Shown here piece by piece: positions 12,184 through 21,946 of a DNA stretch of 64,000 nucleotides (position 1 is its first letter; each line of letters opens with the position of its first letter). The notes beneath the pieces are model-generated. The model saw only the letters and a program-made list of their open reading frames with translations, did no database searches and was not told the origin of the DNA. Made by a program: the position numbers and the translations under genes. The stretch is from Hyphomicrobiaceae bacterium (GTDB taxonomy: Bacteria; Pseudomonadota; Alphaproteobacteria; Rhizobiales; Hyphomicrobiaceae): positions 1,620-65,619 of the forward strand of contig JBEBJA010000069.1 in assembly GCA_040080145.1 (NCBI GenBank), in the 5' to 3' direction.

Positions 12184-12872
12184 CCACGCTCAACAACGAC
12201 ATCATCATCGCGCCGTCGATCCTCTCGGCCGACTTTGCCAAATTCGGCGACGAAGTTCGCGCAATTGACGAAGCCGGCTGCGACTGGGTTCATGTCGACG
12301 TCATGGATGGCCATTTCGTACCCAACATCACGTTTGGACCGCGCCTCGTCGAATGTATCCGCCCGCATACCAAAAAGATCCTTGATGTCCACTTGATGAT
12401 CTCTCCGTGCGACACCTACCTTGAGGCATTCGCAAAGGCTGGATCTGACATCATCACGGTGCACGCCGAAGCAGGTCCCCATCTCGACCGGTCCCTTCAG
12501 GCCATTCGCGCCCTCGGCAAGAAGGCCGGGGTGTCCCTCAATCCATCGACCCCTGAAAGCGTTATCGAATACGTGCTCGACCGGATCGACCTCGTATTGC
12601 TGATGACGGTCAATCCAGGCTTTGGCGGCCAGTCGTTCATTCCAGCGGTGGTCGAAAAGACCCGGCGCATCAAAGCGATGATTGGTGCGCGGCCGATCCA
12701 TATCGAGATCGACGGCGGCGTGACGCCCCAGACCGCGCCATTGGTCGTGGCGGCGGGTGCCAACGCGCTCGTCGCTGGCACGGCTGTATTCAAGGGCGGC
12801 ACCCGCGAAGCGTACGCCGCCAATATTCAATCCATTCGACAATCCGCCGGGCGCGCCCATCGCGCCGCATAA
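12180..12872 (+). CDS. rpe: ribulose-phosphate 3-epimerase
   Basis: [17 protein letters not shown]...[20 protein letters not shown] overlap with cbbX. Confidence 0.95.
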   Translation: MTTLNNDIIIAPSILSADFAKFGDEVRAIDEAGCDWVHVDVMDGHFVPNITFGPRLVECIRPHTKKILDVHLMISPCDTYLEAFAKAGSDIITVHAEAGPHLDRSLQAIRALGKKAGVSLNPSTPESVIEYVLDRIDLVLLMTVNPGFGGQSFIPAVVEKTRRIKAMIGARPIHIEIDGGVTPQTAPLVVAAGANALVAGTAVFKGGTREAYAANIQSIRQSAGRAHRAA

Positions 12873-12888
12873 CTGGAGAAAAAGCAAT

Positions 12889-13560
12889 ATGACTTCCGAA
12901 AGAGTTGGAATCATTTTCGACCTCGACGGCACGCTGATCCACAGCGCACCAGACGTGACACGCATTTTAAATCAGGTGCTCGAAACCCAAAATCTCGAAG
13001 GGTTTTCGGAGCAGGACGCCGCCCATTTCATGGGTGATGGTATCGGAGCCATCATCGAGAAAGCCATGCGGGCACGCGGCGTGGACGTGACAGCGTCGCT
13101 GCTGAACCCGCTACGTGAAATGTTCCTGCAGATCTACATGGAGAACCCCGTAGTTGATACGGCCCCCTTTCCCATGGTCGTCAACGTACTCAGTGAACTC
13201 AAGCAGCAAGGCTATGCGATCGGCATTTGCACCAACAAGGCCGAACGCCCCGCGCGCCTCATTGTTGAGCGCGTTGGCTTGAAGCCACTGATCCAGGCCC
13301 TCGTCGGTGGCGATAGTGGCTATGGCTACAAGCCCAAGGCGGACCCTCTTCTGGCGTGCGCCCGCTTGCTCGGTGTTCAAATGAAACATGTAACGTATGT
13401 CGGCGATCTCGCGGTCGACCTGGCGGCCGGTCGCGCGGCAGGTGCCCACGTCGTTCTCGTCCGCTACGGCTATTCCATGACGAGCGTTGATGACCTTGGC
13501 GCAGATGCCGTGATCGGATGCCTCAGCGAGTTGCCTCAGCGTTTGCGCATCGCGGCTTGA
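12889..13560 (+). CDS. cbbZ: phosphoglycolate phosphatase (HAD superfamily)
   Basis: Contains the IIFDLDGTL, CTNK, KPKADPLL and VGDLAVD HAD motifs. Start taken at the internal ATG at 12889. Confidence 0.8.
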   Translation: MTSERVGIIFDLDGTLIHSAPDVTRILNQVLETQNLEGFSEQDAAHFMGDGIGAIIEKAMRARGVDVTASLLNPLREMFLQIYMENPVVDTAPFPMVVNVLSELKQQGYAIGICTNKAERPARLIVERVGLKPLIQALVGGDSGYGYKPKADPLLACARLLGVQMKHVTYVGDLAVDLAAGRAAGAHVVLVRYGYSMTSVDDLGADAVIGCLSELPQRLRIAA

Positions 13561-13571
13561 GGATCATAGAC

Positions 13572-14351
13572 GTGGTACTGAAAGCCCTGATCTTCGATGT
13601 CGATGGCACTTTGGCCGAAACCGAAGAAGCGCACAGAACAGCTTTCAATGCCGCCTTCAAGGAAGCAGGACTTGATTGGTTTTGGGATTACGCCCTTTAT
13701 GCAAATCTTCTCAAAACAACCGGTGGAAAAGAGCGTATCAGGCATTTCGTCAAACAGTATCGCACATCAGCTTCCGGCGACGATCTCGATGCGCTGATTG
13801 GAATGCTTCACCGCCGGAAGACAGCCATATATACGCAACTGGTTTCCAGTGGCCAAATTGATCTGCGTCCGGGAATTCGTGAATTAATCGAGGCAGCGCG
13901 GAGCGATGGTATTCGGCTTGCAATCGCGACAACAACCAGCATGCCAAACGTCGAGGCACTCCTTCTGGCAACCCTCGGCGCTGGCGGCGTAGAAGCATTC
14001 GAAATCATCGGCGCAGGCGACGACGTCCCGCAAAAAAAGCCAGCCCCAGACATTTATCTCAGCGTCTTGGCCCAGCTCGCCCTGCCAGCTTCTGCCTGCC
14101 TAGCCCTCGAAGATTCAAACAACGGTCTGCGGTCGGCTCTCGCAGCTCAGATCCCGGTCTTGATCACGACAAGCGCCTATTCGTGCGACGAAGATTTCGC
14201 TGATGCCCGCATAGTCGTGGCTCAACTGACGGACTTGATCCCGATGGGTTTGATCCTCAAGTCTGGCACGCCGGATGCCCCAAAGGTTGACGGCGGAGAA
14301 TTACTCCAGGCTGTCCGCAACCTGCATGCTGATAGTTATCAGCGTCCATAA
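13572..14351 (+). CDS. cbbY: CbbY-type HAD phosphatase (xylulose-1,5-bisphosphate phosphatase family)
   Basis: ALIFDVDGTLAETEEAHRTAFNAAFKEAGLDWFWD...TGGKERI. GTG at 13572 is preceded by GAGGA. Confidence 0.75.
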   Translation: MVLKALIFDVDGTLAETEEAHRTAFNAAFKEAGLDWFWDYALYANLLKTTGGKERIRHFVKQYRTSASGDDLDALIGMLHRRKTAIYTQLVSSGQIDLRPGIRELIEAARSDGIRLAIATTTSMPNVEALLLATLGAGGVEAFEIIGAGDDVPQKKPAPDIYLSVLAQLALPASACLALEDSNNGLRSALAAQIPVLITTSAYSCDEDFADARIVVAQLTDLIPMGLILKSGTPDAPKVDGGELLQAVRNLHADSYQRP

Positions 14352-14455
14352 ATCAACGGCATCGGCAGACGCTATCGCCCCCGCATATTTCAGAGTCCCT
14401 CAAACACGACAGGAAGCGAATCCGATATCATGCCGCGCCGTCGCTTGAAATAGAC

Positions 14456-14489
14456 CGGGGCGCTCCCTCCCCTTGGAAGAAGCGCCCCG
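14456..14489. terminator. stem-loop between convergent cbbY and fadL-like genes
   Basis: CGGGGCGCT pairs with AGCGCCCCG across a 16-nt loop. There is no clean U-tract. Confidence 0.35.
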
Positions 14490-14514
14490 ATCCCATATAA
14501 TTCTAATTCCCTGA

Positions 14515-15837
14515 TTAGTCGAATTTGTATTTCACGCCGATCGTTGCTTCGAACTGTTCCATGCTCAGATCGATCTTGTGGTTCGGGTTGCCAAACCCCG
14601 CAAGCTCACCCCCGACCACATGTGTTCGCGGCGCATACATTCCAGCAAACTCCAGCTCCAGTTTGCTTGTCATCTTGTATCCAAAGCCAGCAGTGATGTG
14701 ATTTTGAACCACGCCCGGCGCCAGGATATTGAACATCACATCGCGGGATTGGACAGGTTGCGTGTTGTAGGAGTATCCGGCACGGAGCGTGAGGGCCGGG
14801 GTCGTGCGCCACTCCACACCGACTTTGATCACGTCAACGTCTTTCCAGCCAAAGCCTGCACCGTTCTTCAAGCCGAGAAGTCCGCTTCCATCAGGCAACT
14901 GCAAGTTTGTTGATGGGTTTGAGATCGAAGCAACATCGGAATACCAGATGTGCTTGTAGTCCAGCATCGCCGTAATCGACGGCGTCACGTCGAACGCAAC
15001 ACCAGCCTGGATATTGGCAGGAATATCGAATCCGCCGCCTTCCGCGAACAGCCCTTTATAGTCTTCAAAGTCCTGCATGTAGATCTTCGTGCTGCCGGCA
15101 ACGCCGAGCCGGAGCGACGGAGTCACGGCCCATTCGAGGCCCGCGCGAAGTCCGCCGCCGAATGAAAGATCGTGGTTGTTGTTGGTGAGGCTGCCGGGGG
15201 CCGAAGATGCACCGAAGGCACCAAATGCCGCCAGCCCTTCAGCTTGGAAGCGCTGAATGCCGAGAACGGGCGCAACGCCGATGGCGATGTTGCCGATCTG
15301 CTTTGCGAACGCCAGCGAAACCAGCAACTGGTTCAAGTCAACACCGGCCTTGCCGCCGCAGAAGACGCCGCTGCTGAACGGACCGCCCGGGCAACGGCCC
15401 GCGCCACTCACGTTCGGATAAGTCGTGTTCATGCCGCCATTGCCGGAGAAGGAAAGTGCCACGGCATCGACAAACGAGTTGGCTGGCAATCGCTTGCTGA
15501 TCGCCATGTTGGGGATCTCAAACAGATTGAGATTGCTTTCGACTTTGCCCATGGGGGTGAACCCGGGCTGACCCGAACCTTCAAACTGACGGCGGGGACT
15601 GAACATCGACACAGCAAAGTCGATTTCGTCACCGGCGCGCAGGATGCCAGCGGGATTGAGTGCCGCTGACGTCGCATCGCGGCCATCAGCAACGCCTGCA
15701 CCGGCCAAAGCCTTGCCGCGAGCACCGATGCCATTTTGGAAGTAACCTTCGGTCGCCATTGCTGACGAACCCATCAGTACGCTACTAAGAAGGAGGGCAA
15801 CCCCGCCTACGGCCAGTGCTTTGTTGGAATTGGACAT
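14515..15837 (-). CDS. outer-membrane transport protein, OmpP1/FadL/TodX family
   Basis: Signal peptide, then ATEGYFQNGIGARGKALAGAG. Beta-barrel-like alternating pattern and C-terminal ...GVKYKFD. Start at the ATG at 15837, preceded by GGAGAG. Confidence 0.8.
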   Translation of the reverse strand: MSNSNKALAVGGVALLLSSVLMGSSAMATEGYFQNGIGARGKALAGAGVADGRDATSAALNPAGILRAGDEIDFAVSMFSPRRQFEGSGQPGFTPMGKVESNLNLFEIPNMAISKRLPANSFVDAVALSFSGNGGMNTTYPNVSGAGRCPGGPFSSGVFCGGKAGVDLNQLLVSLAFAKQIGNIAIGVAPVLGIQRFQAEGLAAFGAFGASSAPGSLTNNNHDLSFGGGLRAGLEWAVTPSLRLGVAGSTKIYMQDFEDYKGLFAEGGGFDIPANIQAGVAFDVTPSITAMLDYKHIWYSDVASISNPSTNLQLPDGSGLLGLKNGAGFGWKDVDVIKVGVEWRTTPALTLRAGYSYNTQPVQSRDVMFNILAPGVVQNHITAGFGYKMTSKLELEFAGMYAPRTHVVGGELAGFGNPNHKIDLSMEQFEATIGVKYKFD

Positions 15838-15963
15838 TACATAACTCTCCCCGGTGTCCATTCATATCCCCGCCGTTTGGCGGCGCGGCCTATTTCGTCA
15901 GTGTTCGCAAAGGGCGATGCCGAAACAAGATCGGCGTACATGTGCTGCGCCAATCGCATCAAC

Positions 15964-15975
15964 GTATTCGAATAC
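15964..15975. promoter_or_regulatory. 12-nt perfect palindrome GTATTCGAATAC followed by GAATCTAT, upstream of the fadL-like gene
   Basis: Read directly. Resembles the sites at 41444-41466 and 33449-33466. Confidence 0.35.
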
Positions 15976-16081
15976 TGGAATCTATCGCACACTGCAGCTA
16001 CTTTGACTGTGATAATTCCAGCACACGTCTTCCAAATCGCCCGCACTATTGTGCAATAATGCAATCCAGTTGATCTACCGG

Positions 16082-16438
16082 CTATTTAATCGTTCTTGCG
16101 CTGAAGCGAAGCGTTAAATATCCGGGCAGACTGAGCGCAAGTCCTATGATCCAGAACGGCCACTGGTTGCGATAGAGTGCCCGGTCGAAAGCATCGCTGG
16201 CAAACAGCAGGGTTGGCTCCATCCCGAGGAAGCGCCCGGCTAGCTCGCAGGCAATGAAAAACAAACCTACCCCTAGGGCTACCTTACCCGCCAGCATTGC
16301 GATATTGCCGCCACGTCCCCTCACCATATTGGCGACCGTAGCAAGCAACCCTAAAACCACCATCGCCAATCCTGCAGTGGCGATCGGCTTCATATACGGC
16401 ATCATTGCCGCCATCATATCAATCATGAGCTGTTTCAA
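16082..16438 (-). CDS. hypothetical small membrane protein
   Basis: 118 aa with 3-4 hydrophobic segments. No family recognised. Confidence 0.45.
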   Translation of the reverse strand: MKQLMIDMMAAMMPYMKPIATAGLAMVVLGLLATVANMVRGRGGNIAMLAGKVALGVGLFFIACELAGRFLGMEPTLLFASDAFDRALYRNQWPFWIIGLALSLPGYLTLRFSARTIK

Positions 16439-16555
16439 GGCATTGATCCTTCGTTGCTGCAGGTCTCATCCCCAATGAGAATGATGCCGTTGAAAAAGCG
16501 CCGAACGACTGAAGCATCCGGCGCTCTGGCTGCTTACTGTTAAGCGGGCTCTGGA

Positions 16556-16936
16556 CTACTTGATCCGGACAAAGTCACCCTTGGCGCAGACGTTCGCCGC
16601 AGTGCATCCGTCCATGCTCCAGGTGTCGGCACCCTTCATCGACAACTTGGTGTTGTAGATTTCCCCGGTCGCCGGGTGAGCAATCTGGCCGACGAAGTCA
16701 TCACCTTTCTTTTCGAGCTTCGAGCGGATCATCTCCATGCCGACATTCTTGGGGCCAGCGAGAACCGTTCCGCAAAGTCCAGCGCCTGCTGGGTTTGTCG
16801 CGCACTCCTTCACCTCAACGGTGTAGTCGGTCCATTTCCACTTGCCGACCATGTCCTTGCTCTCGACTGCCATTGCCGAAGCTGAAGAGCCAAGCACGAT
16901 CAACAGCGATGATATTAGGGTAGCCCTCAAAGTCAT
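16556..16936 (-). CDS. DUF2147-like secreted protein
   Basis: Signal peptide, then GKWKWTDYTVEVKEC...GLCGTVL...G.IYN. pattern. GGAGGA lies upstream of the ATG at 16936. Confidence 0.7.
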   Translation of the reverse strand: MTLRATLISSLLIVLGSSASAMAVESKDMVGKWKWTDYTVEVKECATNPAGAGLCGTVLAGPKNVGMEMIRSKLEKKGDDFVGQIAHPATGEIYNTKLSMKGADTWSMDGCTAANVCAKGDFVRIK

Positions 16937-17137
16937 GTCGTCCTCCCTGGACAGCCGATGCGAGAGCTGGCCAATTATGTTTGAACATTTGAACATTCGC
17001 ATTCTTGAATATGTTTAACGGAAATTGAAAGACCCGGCAAGGGCGTCTGCAGGGAGCGCTGCAACGAAAAACTTTCAACCCGGCTGCTGCAACGCGCAAC
17101 AGCGGCCATATCGCCGTTCAGAACCATTGCCTATATT

Positions 17138-17152
17138 TCTATATTCGCATAT
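17138..17152. promoter_or_regulatory. degenerate copy (TCTATATTCGCATAT) of the GAATATTCGAATAT-type motif upstream of the second DUF2147 gene
   Basis: Read directly. Lies about 80 nt upstream of the ATG at 17229. Confidence 0.25.
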
Positions 17153-17228
17153 TCTCATGTGATGTGTGAGGCCGGGTACAAGTCAAGGCACCGCATGCAG
17201 TTCGTTTGAACCCTACCGGAGGAAGAAA

Positions 17229-17588
17229 ATGCGTACCGTCTTGATGGCAACAGCACTCCTTGCATTCACCTTCGCGACGCCTGCAGCCGCAGCCGACGTG
17301 AACGGGACGTGGAAGCGCCCGAATGGCGATACGGTTGAAGTCTCGGGCTGTGGCGGGGGGCTGTGCGCCAGGATTACGGGTGGTGCCAAGAAGGGCATGG
17401 AAATGTTCCACGGCATGTCAAAGGCCGGCGGTACCAAGTGGAAGGGTGCAAAAATGAAACATCCCGACATGCCCGGCTTCATGACCTTCAATGGCACAGT
17501 CACCCACAGCGGTGACAAGCTCGAAGTCAAAGGTTGCGCCATTGGTGAATCGATGTGCGATGCCGAGACCTGGTCGCGTGGAAAATAA
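17229..17588 (+). CDS. DUF2147-like secreted protein (paralog)
   Basis: Signal peptide, then GTWKRPNGDTVEVSGCGGGLCARI. GGAGGAAG lies upstream of the ATG at 17229. Confidence 0.7.
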   Translation: MRTVLMATALLAFTFATPAAAADVNGTWKRPNGDTVEVSGCGGGLCARITGGAKKGMEMFHGMSKAGGTKWKGAKMKHPDMPGFMTFNGTVTHSGDKLEVKGCAIGESMCDAETWSRGK

Positions 17589-17682
17589 GAACCGAGTGCC
17601 GTTGGAACCGTACCCTTGGTCCGGCTCAAACGGCACTTTCGATGTCGTGCGAAACGGATCGCACCTAAGAGGGAGTGACGAC

Positions 17683-18183
17683 ATGACTGCCGCCGGCGAC
17701 TCAAATTCCAAACGTATGTCCATTATCGTAACCAAGGGCACCCTCGACTGGGCCTACCCGCCGTTCATTCTTGCAACCACTGCGGCCGCAATGGACGTCA
17801 AGGTCACGATGTTTTTTACGTTCTACGGACTGCAGCTCTTGAAGAAGAAATTAGATCTGCAGATTTCGCCGCTCGGCAAACCAGATATGGCAATGCCGAT
17901 GATGGGCATGCACATGAAGATGCCCAACATGCTGGCGATGCTGCCCGGCGTGAATGCTGCCTCGACCACAATGATGAAGAACTTGATCGCGAAGAAGGGC
18001 GTGGCTTCGATCCCTGATCTGCGCGATGCTGCCATCGAGGGCGACGTCGAGATGATCGGCTGCCAGATGACCCTTGACCTGTTTGAGTTCAGCAAGGACG
18101 ATCTGATCCCGGGCGTCAAACTCGCCGGCGCCGCAACCTACATGGAAAACGCACTCAAGTCGGATATCAATCTCTATATCTGA
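17683..18183 (+). CDS. DsrE/DsrF-like family protein (COG2210-type)
   Basis: MSIIVTKGTLDWAYPPFILATTAAAMDVKVTMFFTFYGL, a Met-rich insert, then IGCQMTLDLF and AGAATYME. AGAGGGAG lies upstream of the ATG at 17683. Confidence 0.75.
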   Translation: MTAAGDSNSKRMSIIVTKGTLDWAYPPFILATTAAAMDVKVTMFFTFYGLQLLKKKLDLQISPLGKPDMAMPMMGMHMKMPNMLAMLPGVNAASTTMMKNLIAKKGVASIPDLRDAAIEGDVEMIGCQMTLDLFEFSKDDLIPGVKLAGAATYMENALKSDINLYI

Positions 18184-18220
18184 CGTGCGCCGGTGTGCCG
18201 TTGACGGCTGTAAAATCTTT

Positions 18221-18254
18221 GAGGCTATGTCCGGTTGACTCCGGCCATAGCCTC
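18221..18254. terminator. bidirectional stem-loop between convergent genes
   Basis: GAGGCTATG-T-CCGG pairs with CCGG-C-CATAGCCTC. Confidence 0.4.
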
Positions 18255-18261
18255 AGTCCTA

Positions 18262-19725
18262 TCAACCGCGCGCAAGTCCCTTGCTCTGCAGTTCCGCCAG
18301 ATACTTGGCCCAGTGAGCGTCCTTGTCGCGACCAAGGTCATGAAGGTATGACCACGTGTACAGGCCCGTATCGTGGCCGTCATCGAACACGATTTTCGTC
18401 GCGTACTTGCCGACCGGCTTGAGGTCTTTGATCTTGACGTTCCGCTTCCCCGGCACGGTGACACGTTGCTCAGCCGAATGTCCCTGGACCTCAGCCGACG
18501 GGCTCATAACCCGCAGCATCTCAGCGGGAATATCGTATGAGAACCCGTCCTTGAACGTGATGTTGAGATTGTCGCGCGCAGGCGAAACCTTGATGAGGGG
18601 AATGTCCATGCCCTTTGCGCCGAGGATTTCGCCCCACGCCCTAGCAGCGATCTCTTTGTAGATTTGCGCTTGCGGGCTGTCGGGTGCAGTCGCGACAATC
18701 GGCAATCCTGAATCGGATTTTTCCCGGATGGACATGTGCAGCGGAATTTCGCCAAGGAAAGTCAGGCCAAGTTTTTCGGCTTCCCGTTCCGCACCGCCAT
18801 GTCCGAAAATTTCCGAACGGTCACCGCACGTCGGGCACAGGAAGTAACTCATGTTTTCGATGAGCCCGAGAACTGGCACGTCAACCTTGCGGAACATGTT
18901 GAGCCCTTTGCGGGCATCAATGAGCGCCAGATCCTGCGGCGTCGAGACGATGATCGCGCCCGACAAGGGAGCCTGCTGCGCCATGGTGAGCTGCACATCG
19001 CCCGTGCCCGGAGGCATGTCGATCACCAGCACGTCGAGTTCGCCGTCGCGGTCCCACGCAACGTCATAAAGCATTTGCTGAAGCGCCTGCACGACCATCG
19101 GTCCGCGCCAGACCACAGGAGTCGCCTCGTCAACGAGGAACCCCATCGACATGACCCGGATCCCGAACGCCGTGAACGGAATCAGTTTCGACTGGTCTTC
19201 GGTCGCCAGTGGCATCTCTCCGGCCAAGCCGAGAAGCCTGGGCTGCGACGGACCATAAATATCCGCGTCGAAAATCCCCACCCTCAGCCCCATCGCCCGG
19301 AACCCGAGTGCCAGATTGACGGCGGTGGTCGACTTGCCAACGCCGCCCTTGCCACTCGCCACAGCGACCAGATGCTTGATGCCGGGAAGCCCGGCAACTT
19401 GGCTGGAGCCTCGTTCACCCTTCGCCATCGCAGCCGACGGCTGACTGGCCGGAGTTGATTTGCGGTTCTCCCCCGCCGGTGCCTCTGCCGTCAAAACGGC
19501 ATTGACGGATGCGACGTCATCCAATTCGTTGACGACAGCTTCGGCTGCCTGGCGCAAGGGCTCGAGAGCTTCGGCCCGGTCGGCTGGCACGGTAATCGCG
19601 AAATAAACCCGGCCCTCCTTTATGATGACTTCCGAAACAAGGCCAAGTTCGACGACGTTCTGTGAGCCGTCAGGGCCTTTGATTTTGCGAAGCTGGTCGA
19701 GCACCTGATCCTTTGTGACACTCAT
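18262..19725 (-). CDS. apbC: Fe-S cluster carrier ATPase, DUF59-Mrp/ApbC/NBP35-DUF971 three-domain (HCF101-like) architecture
   Basis: N-terminus VLDQLRKIKGPDG..VVELGLV is DUF59-like. Followed by the deviant Walker A VASGKGGVGKST and a CPTC motif. The C-terminal 100 aa (ITFKDGFSYDIPAEMLRV.SPSAEVQGH...VFDDGHDTGLYTW.YL) is DUF971-like. Start at the ATG at 19725. Confidence 0.85.
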   Translation of the reverse strand: MSVTKDQVLDQLRKIKGPDGSQNVVELGLVSEVIIKEGRVYFAITVPADRAEALEPLRQAAEAVVNELDDVASVNAVLTAEAPAGENRKSTPASQPSAAMAKGERGSSQVAGLPGIKHLVAVASGKGGVGKSTTAVNLALGFRAMGLRVGIFDADIYGPSQPRLLGLAGEMPLATEDQSKLIPFTAFGIRVMSMGFLVDEATPVVWRGPMVVQALQQMLYDVAWDRDGELDVLVIDMPPGTGDVQLTMAQQAPLSGAIIVSTPQDLALIDARKGLNMFRKVDVPVLGLIENMSYFLCPTCGDRSEIFGHGGAEREAEKLGLTFLGEIPLHMSIREKSDSGLPIVATAPDSPQAQIYKEIAARAWGEILGAKGMDIPLIKVSPARDNLNITFKDGFSYDIPAEMLRVMSPSAEVQGHSAEQRVTVPGKRNVKIKDLKPVGKYATKIVFDDGHDTGLYTWSYLHDLGRDKDAHWAKYLAELQSKGLARG

Positions 19726-19822
19726 TCGGTTTGTTCCTTTTGATGGGTCGTCGCGTTCGCTCGTGCGGCTCAGGGGAAAGCCGCGATTGGGTCCAGCAGT
19801 CTGATGGTTGGGTTCGGCAGCG

Positions 19823-20467
19823 TTAGTCGATGGCCACTGCAGCAAGTTTTGCAAGAGCGTCGGCCTCGCGCGTGGCAGCGGCCATGATGAGGCGGCGCGT
19901 ATTGTCTGGAAGGTTCAAAGCAAGGGCGGCGGCATGCCCTTTTGGCGACATCTTGCGAAGCGTCTTGCCCACGATGTCGATCATCTTGGCTTCGTCGTAG
20001 GCGCTATACTTGGCCAGAAAGTCTTCGAAATAGTGCTCGACGAACACCACATCGACGACGTTCTCAAGCGCTTGGGATTCGCGATGCTTCTTGAGTTGCT
20101 CCTTTCGGATCAGCATTCCAGCATGTGCGACTTCATCCTGATTGTATCCGTTGGCCAACAAGATCTCACCCAGCAGCTTGGCATGGTGTTCACGGCACGC
20201 GCGGCGCCAGTCATTGTATCCATTGCGGCCCTCAGGGTAATTCGAGCGCGCCACATCGAACCGGCGTAGATGCTGGGCGCGGGCGGCAAGCCGCAGCAAT
20301 TCGGACGCCTCTGGGTACATGACGGCAAGCCGCGCCGTCATGCGTTCGGCATATACAATTTCATACGGCCGCAGTTGCCCGTCAATCTCGATAGACCGTG
20401 GATCACCCGCGTTGGCCAGATCAATCGCGGCCATCGAAGACTCAAATCTCGCAGTGCTTGGCGTCAT
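19823..20467 (-). CDS. DUF4202-family protein
   Basis: The RAQHLRRFDVARSNYPEGRNGYNDWRRACREHHA...LENVVDVVFVEHYFEDF pattern matches my memory of DUF4202. Confidence 0.65.
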   Translation of the reverse strand: MTPSTARFESSMAAIDLANAGDPRSIEIDGQLRPYEIVYAERMTARLAVMYPEASELLRLAARAQHLRRFDVARSNYPEGRNGYNDWRRACREHHAKLLGEILLANGYNQDEVAHAGMLIRKEQLKKHRESQALENVVDVVFVEHYFEDFLAKYSAYDEAKMIDIVGKTLRKMSPKGHAAALALNLPDNTRRLIMAAATREADALAKLAAVAID

Positions 20468-20495
20468 GTTTCGCCTCCTTTAAAATACGATGCGA

Positions 20496-21938
20496 TCAAG
20501 ACAGTTGCCTAACCGATGCCGATGCGATGTCACGTGCCGTCCGGGCTGGCAGGCGCGACCGCTTTAGTCCCCTCACGAATCCGACGAACCGCTCCGCCCA
20601 GCGGTTCGCCTCCGTGCTGCGCTGGTGGCTGAACGACGCGAGCACATTGTCCACGATGATCCCGTCGTGTTGGCCGTCAATGCCAAATCCACGAGCGACG
20701 CGCCACGCGAAGTTGGTTCCGGAGGCTATGTTGATCAATTGGGCGTGGTGGAATTCGTGCGCACGTATGTGCGAGACGGCATCTGGAGTTTGCGCGTTGC
20801 CAGACCAGCGGCACGTCCCCGTTGGTTCGAGCACAACGAGGCCGCGCCCTTGGGGACGGCTGTGCATGACCGTATCTGCGGCGATAACGCCGACCATTTC
20901 CCGGGTCTCATCCCGCCACCTGATCGAGCGCGTGAGGTACATCAGGCCACCGCATTCCGCGTAGATCGGAACGCCATTGCGGGCCGCTCTCTTGATCGCC
21001 CCGCGCATTGCCGCGTTGGCTTCGAGTGCCGCCATGTGGGTTTCGGGAAACCCGCCGCCAATAAAGATGCCGTCGGCCTCGGGCAGGTGCGTGTCCGAAA
21101 TCGGGCTGAAAAAGTTGAGCGTGGCACCCGCGCGCTCAAGGGCTTCAAGGTCGTCGGCATAGTAGAAACCAAAGGCAGAATCACGCGCCACAGCAATAGA
21201 AACGCCACGGCGAATACGCGGCGGAGCAGCAGTGACCTCATCGCTTGCAAGCGGCACGGCCGTTCCCGCAATATCGAGAATGCGGTTTAGATCAACATTT
21301 GCAGCGATCATGGAGCCGAGCAGCGCGATTTTGGCATCGTTGCCGGCGGTCTCGTTCGGCGTTGTCAGGCCAAGGTGGCGTTCGACGATGGTCAGTTCAG
21401 ACGAGCGCCGCAGCGCCCCGAGTACCGGAATATCGGTATACCGCTCAATGGCTGCAACGAGCTTTGCTTCCTGCCGCGCGGTGGCGACCCGATTGAGAAC
21501 CAGTCCCGCAATTTTGATGGTCCTGTCGAACGCCTGGAAGCCGAGCACAAGCGGTGCGACGCCTCGCGTCATGCCCTCGCAATCAACGGCCAGGACCACC
21601 GGAGCGCCGAGTAAACGGGCCAGCGCCGCCGTCGAATCGGCACCTTCCTCGTCCACACCGTCGTGCAATCCCATATTGCCTTCGATCAGCGCGACATCCG
21701 CCGTGCGGGCACGCGACGCAAACATCTGGCGGATTTCCGGATGTGTCTGCGTGTTGAAATCGAGGTTGAAACAGGGGCGGTTGCTGGCGCGGGATAACCA
21801 CATCGGGTCGATATAGTCCGGGCCCTTCTTGAAGGTCTGAACGCCATGGCCCTTAGCGGCAAGTGCCGCAGTAAGGCCAACCGAAATCGTTGTCTTGCCC
21901 GACGACTTATGGGAGGCCGATACGAGGAGGTGTGCCAC
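20496..21938 (-). CDS. dsrN: DsrN, cobyrinate a,c-diamide synthase-like siroheme amidase
   Basis: CobB/CbiA-type N-terminus SASHKSSGKTTISVGL, with a C-terminal glutamine amidotransferase motif (YAECGGLMYL). Positioned after dsrP. Confidence 0.85.
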   Translation of the reverse strand: MAHLLVSASHKSSGKTTISVGLTAALAAKGHGVQTFKKGPDYIDPMWLSRASNRPCFNLDFNTQTHPEIRQMFASRARTADVALIEGNMGLHDGVDEEGADSTAALARLLGAPVVLAVDCEGMTRGVAPLVLGFQAFDRTIKIAGLVLNRVATARQEAKLVAAIERYTDIPVLGALRRSSELTIVERHLGLTTPNETAGNDAKIALLGSMIAANVDLNRILDIAGTAVPLASDEVTAAPPRIRRGVSIAVARDSAFGFYYADDLEALERAGATLNFFSPISDTHLPEADGIFIGGGFPETHMAALEANAAMRGAIKRAARNGVPIYAECGGLMYLTRSIRWRDETREMVGVIAADTVMHSRPQGRGLVVLEPTGTCRWSGNAQTPDAVSHIRAHEFHHAQLINIASGTNFAWRVARGFGIDGQHDGIIVDNVLASFSHQRSTEANRWAERFVGFVRGLKRSRLPARTARDIASASVRQLS

Positions 21939-21946
21939 GGGCGCTC

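Noticed and set aside
17860-17950. Met-rich insert (PDMAMPMMGMHMKMPNMLAMLPG) in the DsrE-like protein, considered as a possible Cu(I)-binding Mets motif.
   Set aside because: From memory, a Met-rich loop at this position is a normal feature of this DsrE/DsrF-like (COG2210) family. It is therefore not special to this locus. This should be confirmed by alignment.
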